Source: Halalkalibacterium halodurans (lineage in GTDB: Bacteria > Bacillota > Bacilli > Bacillales > Bacillaceae_D). From it: 26,775 nucleotides of DNA. Both the position numbers and the translations under genes were made by a program. Shown piece by piece: positions 25,343-26,775 of the stretch (position 1 is its first letter; the number at the start of each line of letters is the position of its first letter). The notes under the pieces were generated by a model. The model did no database searches. It saw nothing but the letters and a program-made list of their open reading frames with translations, and was not told where the DNA came from. The stretch covers positions 1 through 26,775 of the forward strand of contig NZ_SNUY01000041.1 in assembly GCF_004376175.1 (NCBI RefSeq), given 5' to 3'.

Positions 25343-26659
25343 TTAGCTAGCTATCGGCAAGGAAAGCTGTTCCACTTGGATTTCCTGTAATTTCCTTATA
25401 GCTTCAACATGATTTCCAGGTAAGACCGTATCTCGTATGTGTTTGATCATCCGTTGAATGAGTCGAAACAAATCTCTCATGATGAAGAAAGATTGGACTC
25501 TCTTGGTGGTCTTTACTGGCACCTTTTTATGTCGCATCACAGAATCGAGCTGATTCGATTCATGTGCAAAAGATAGCTCCACTTGCTTACGAAAGTTTAA
25601 CATCCGTTCTTGAAGCTCTGACCCTTGTGGAACTGGACCATAGAAGAATGGGTTTTCTTCAAAGGTGAAACCGAATTGCTTATTACAAGTAGCCTGTAAT
25701 GGACAGGACATACATTTGGTTTCGTCACCATGAAACCAAGACGTATAGGTTTCCTTCTCAAATCCATCCCATAGGAGTTCATGGCCAGCTTCACATTCAG
25801 GCTTTCCTTCTGATGAACAAGTTTCAGGGATGACCGTATTCTTTTTGAAATCTGTTACGACGGCCACATCATGTTTATGTAAAGATTCTATCTGGTGTTC
25901 GGCACTGAAATAGCCTAAATCTGCCACAAGATACTCTACCTTCAAATCACCGATTTCTTTTAGTTTTTCAACCAACGGAAGAAGAACATCGACATCGTGA
26001 GTATCTGGTGGAAGAATAATAGACAAGAGAACAACAGGACCCGAGGGTGCGGGGCAAACAATCGAATGTTTTCGATAGCCAATAAAAAATTTATTCTGAT
26101 TGGCTTTATTCCGCTGAACGCCTACTTTGGCATCGGGATCCGAATACGTTTTGTCGCATTCACATGTCTCTTTATCTTCACAAGCACAACGTTTCTTTTT
26201 ATAGCCATTCACGTGAGCAAAGACGGGTCTAGAATCAATTCCCGCAAGAGTTGGTTCTAAAAAACCATCCAGTTTCAGGGCCTGACCAATGAAATCGAAT
26301 AAGATTTTATAAAAGTGCTCGGGTGTCAGAGTATGACGAAAATGAGTCAAGCTCGAATGAACAGGAACATCCTTTATGTTTGGAGTGCCGATGAAGTTGC
26401 GCCATGCCTGATTCTTAGGGTCCTTCAGCTGTCTGCAGAGCTCTCTAAAAGACGTGATCTCAGGCCGTGTAAAGTACAAATAATGCATACGAAAATACGT
26501 CCTAGCATCAATAGGCGGGCGACCACCGCCTTTATATAATGGTTTCATTTTTTCCAAGACAATAGAATCATCAACATGATCAATATAATCTATCAATTCC
26601 ACATCGAAACCGAGTGTGTTATAGTAGTGGTAAGGAAGCAGTTCTAGCTGCATATCCAT
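25343..26659 (-). CDS. DDE transposase (DUF772-type N-terminus plus DDE_Tnp_1 core, IS5/IS1182-like)
   Basis: The N-terminal GGGRPPIDARTYFRMHYLYF resembles the InsH-type domain. Candidate DDE residues lie in AGIDSRPV, LVADLGYFS and FRKQVELSF (R-x3-E signature). Cys-rich inserts are present. SD GAGGTG lies 7 nt before the ATG. Confidence 0.9.
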   Translation of the reverse strand: MDMQLELLPYHYYNTLGFDVELIDYIDHVDDSIVLEKMKPLYKGGGRPPIDARTYFRMHYLYFTRPEITSFRELCRQLKDPKNQAWRNFIGTPNIKDVPVHSSLTHFRHTLTPEHFYKILFDFIGQALKLDGFLEPTLAGIDSRPVFAHVNGYKKKRCACEDKETCECDKTYSDPDAKVGVQRNKANQNKFFIGYRKHSIVCPAPSGPVVLLSIILPPDTHDVDVLLPLVEKLKEIGDLKVEYLVADLGYFSAEHQIESLHKHDVAVVTDFKKNTVIPETCSSEGKPECEAGHELLWDGFEKETYTSWFHGDETKCMSCPLQATCNKQFGFTFEENPFFYGPVPQGSELQERMLNFRKQVELSFAHESNQLDSVMRHKKVPVKTTKRVQSFFIMRDLFRLIQRMIKHIRDTVLPGNHVEAIRKLQEIQVEQLSLPIAS

Positions 26660-26660
26660 G

Positions 26661-26736
26661 AAAATGCACCTCGCAAATTGGTATTTTTGGTTGATTCGTT
26701 ACTTCCATTTTACCATTTTTCGCTAAGGTGCATTTT
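26661..26736 (-). promoter_or_regulatory. Transposase leader: extended -10 promoter (TGgTAAAAT, 26707-26715) nested inside an 11-bp inverted repeat that can sequester the SD
   Basis: AAAATGCACCT (26661-26671) pairs perfectly with AGGTGCATTTT (26726-26736). On the mRNA the 3' arm contains the AGGTG of the SD. Confidence 0.4.
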
Positions 26737-26757
26737 TATTTTTTTTCGGATTTTATG

Positions 26758-26775
26758 GCTTTTTGAACAAGCTCT
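26758..26775. repeat. Right terminal inverted repeat of the IS (truncated by the window end)
   Basis: GCTTTTTGAACAAGCTCT is the exact reverse complement of 25142-25159. Confidence 0.85.

Larger units (their letters stand above)
25142..26775 (-). mobile_element. Insertion sequence of the IS5/IS1182 type; the right end is cut by the window, so the outer limits of both ends are undetermined
   Basis: Inverted repeats of at least 18 bp flank a single DDE transposase gene, with about 185 bp and 115 bp of non-coding ends. Confidence 0.85.

Noticed and set aside
1-26775. Search for CRISPR arrays, tRNA/rRNA genes, prophage or defence-island hallmarks, toxin-antitoxin pairs, retron-type or reverse-transcriptase elements, and a second IS copy or solo inverted repeat.
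   Set aside because: Reading both strands, I recognised none. The only mobile DNA is the IS at the right edge.

Overview
This is a chromosomal segment with Bacillaceae-type gene content and signals: AGGAGG-type Shine-Dalgarno (SD) sites, TTGACA/TATAAT-like promoters and hairpin-plus-U terminators. I call 29 protein-coding genes. Of these, 28 come from the ORF track, several trimmed to SD-supported internal starts, and one is a 58-aa ORF below the track cut-off. I saw no rRNA, tRNA or CRISPR array. Left to right the window holds: a yhgD/yhgE-like TetR regulator plus YhgE/Pip membrane protein; two small orphan genes; an M32 carboxypeptidase; a Cys-less HesB-like protein; a GNAT / branched-chain aminotransferase / HAD phosphatase cluster; an aldo-keto reductase; a VOC protein; a large permease; a stand-alone HemD-like protein; a MarR+MATE pair; a Gfo/Idh/MocA oxidoreductase; a DeoR-kduD-kduI hexuronate module; an orphan membrane coiled-coil protein; a LysE exporter; a small ORF plus APC permease; a DUF59/SufT-like protein; mhqE/mhqD-like quinone-detoxification genes preceded by a MarR gene; and an IS5/IS1182-type insertion sequence cut by the right window edge. 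I do not see a convincing new multi-gene system. There are no defence-type nuclease, helicase, ATPase or reverse-transcriptase genes and no toxin-antitoxin-like pair. The best leads are three. (i) The terminal inverted repeat of the IS overlaps the only usable start codon of the MarR gene heading the mhq-like operon. (ii) A 17-nt motif with 10-bp phased CGAAC repeats occurs at both the kduD promoter and upstream of the DeoR gene, and is a candidate operator. (iii) An unlisted 58-aa Cys-rich ORF has a strong SD and its own terminator. All functional calls rest on motif recognition by eye; no database search was possible.
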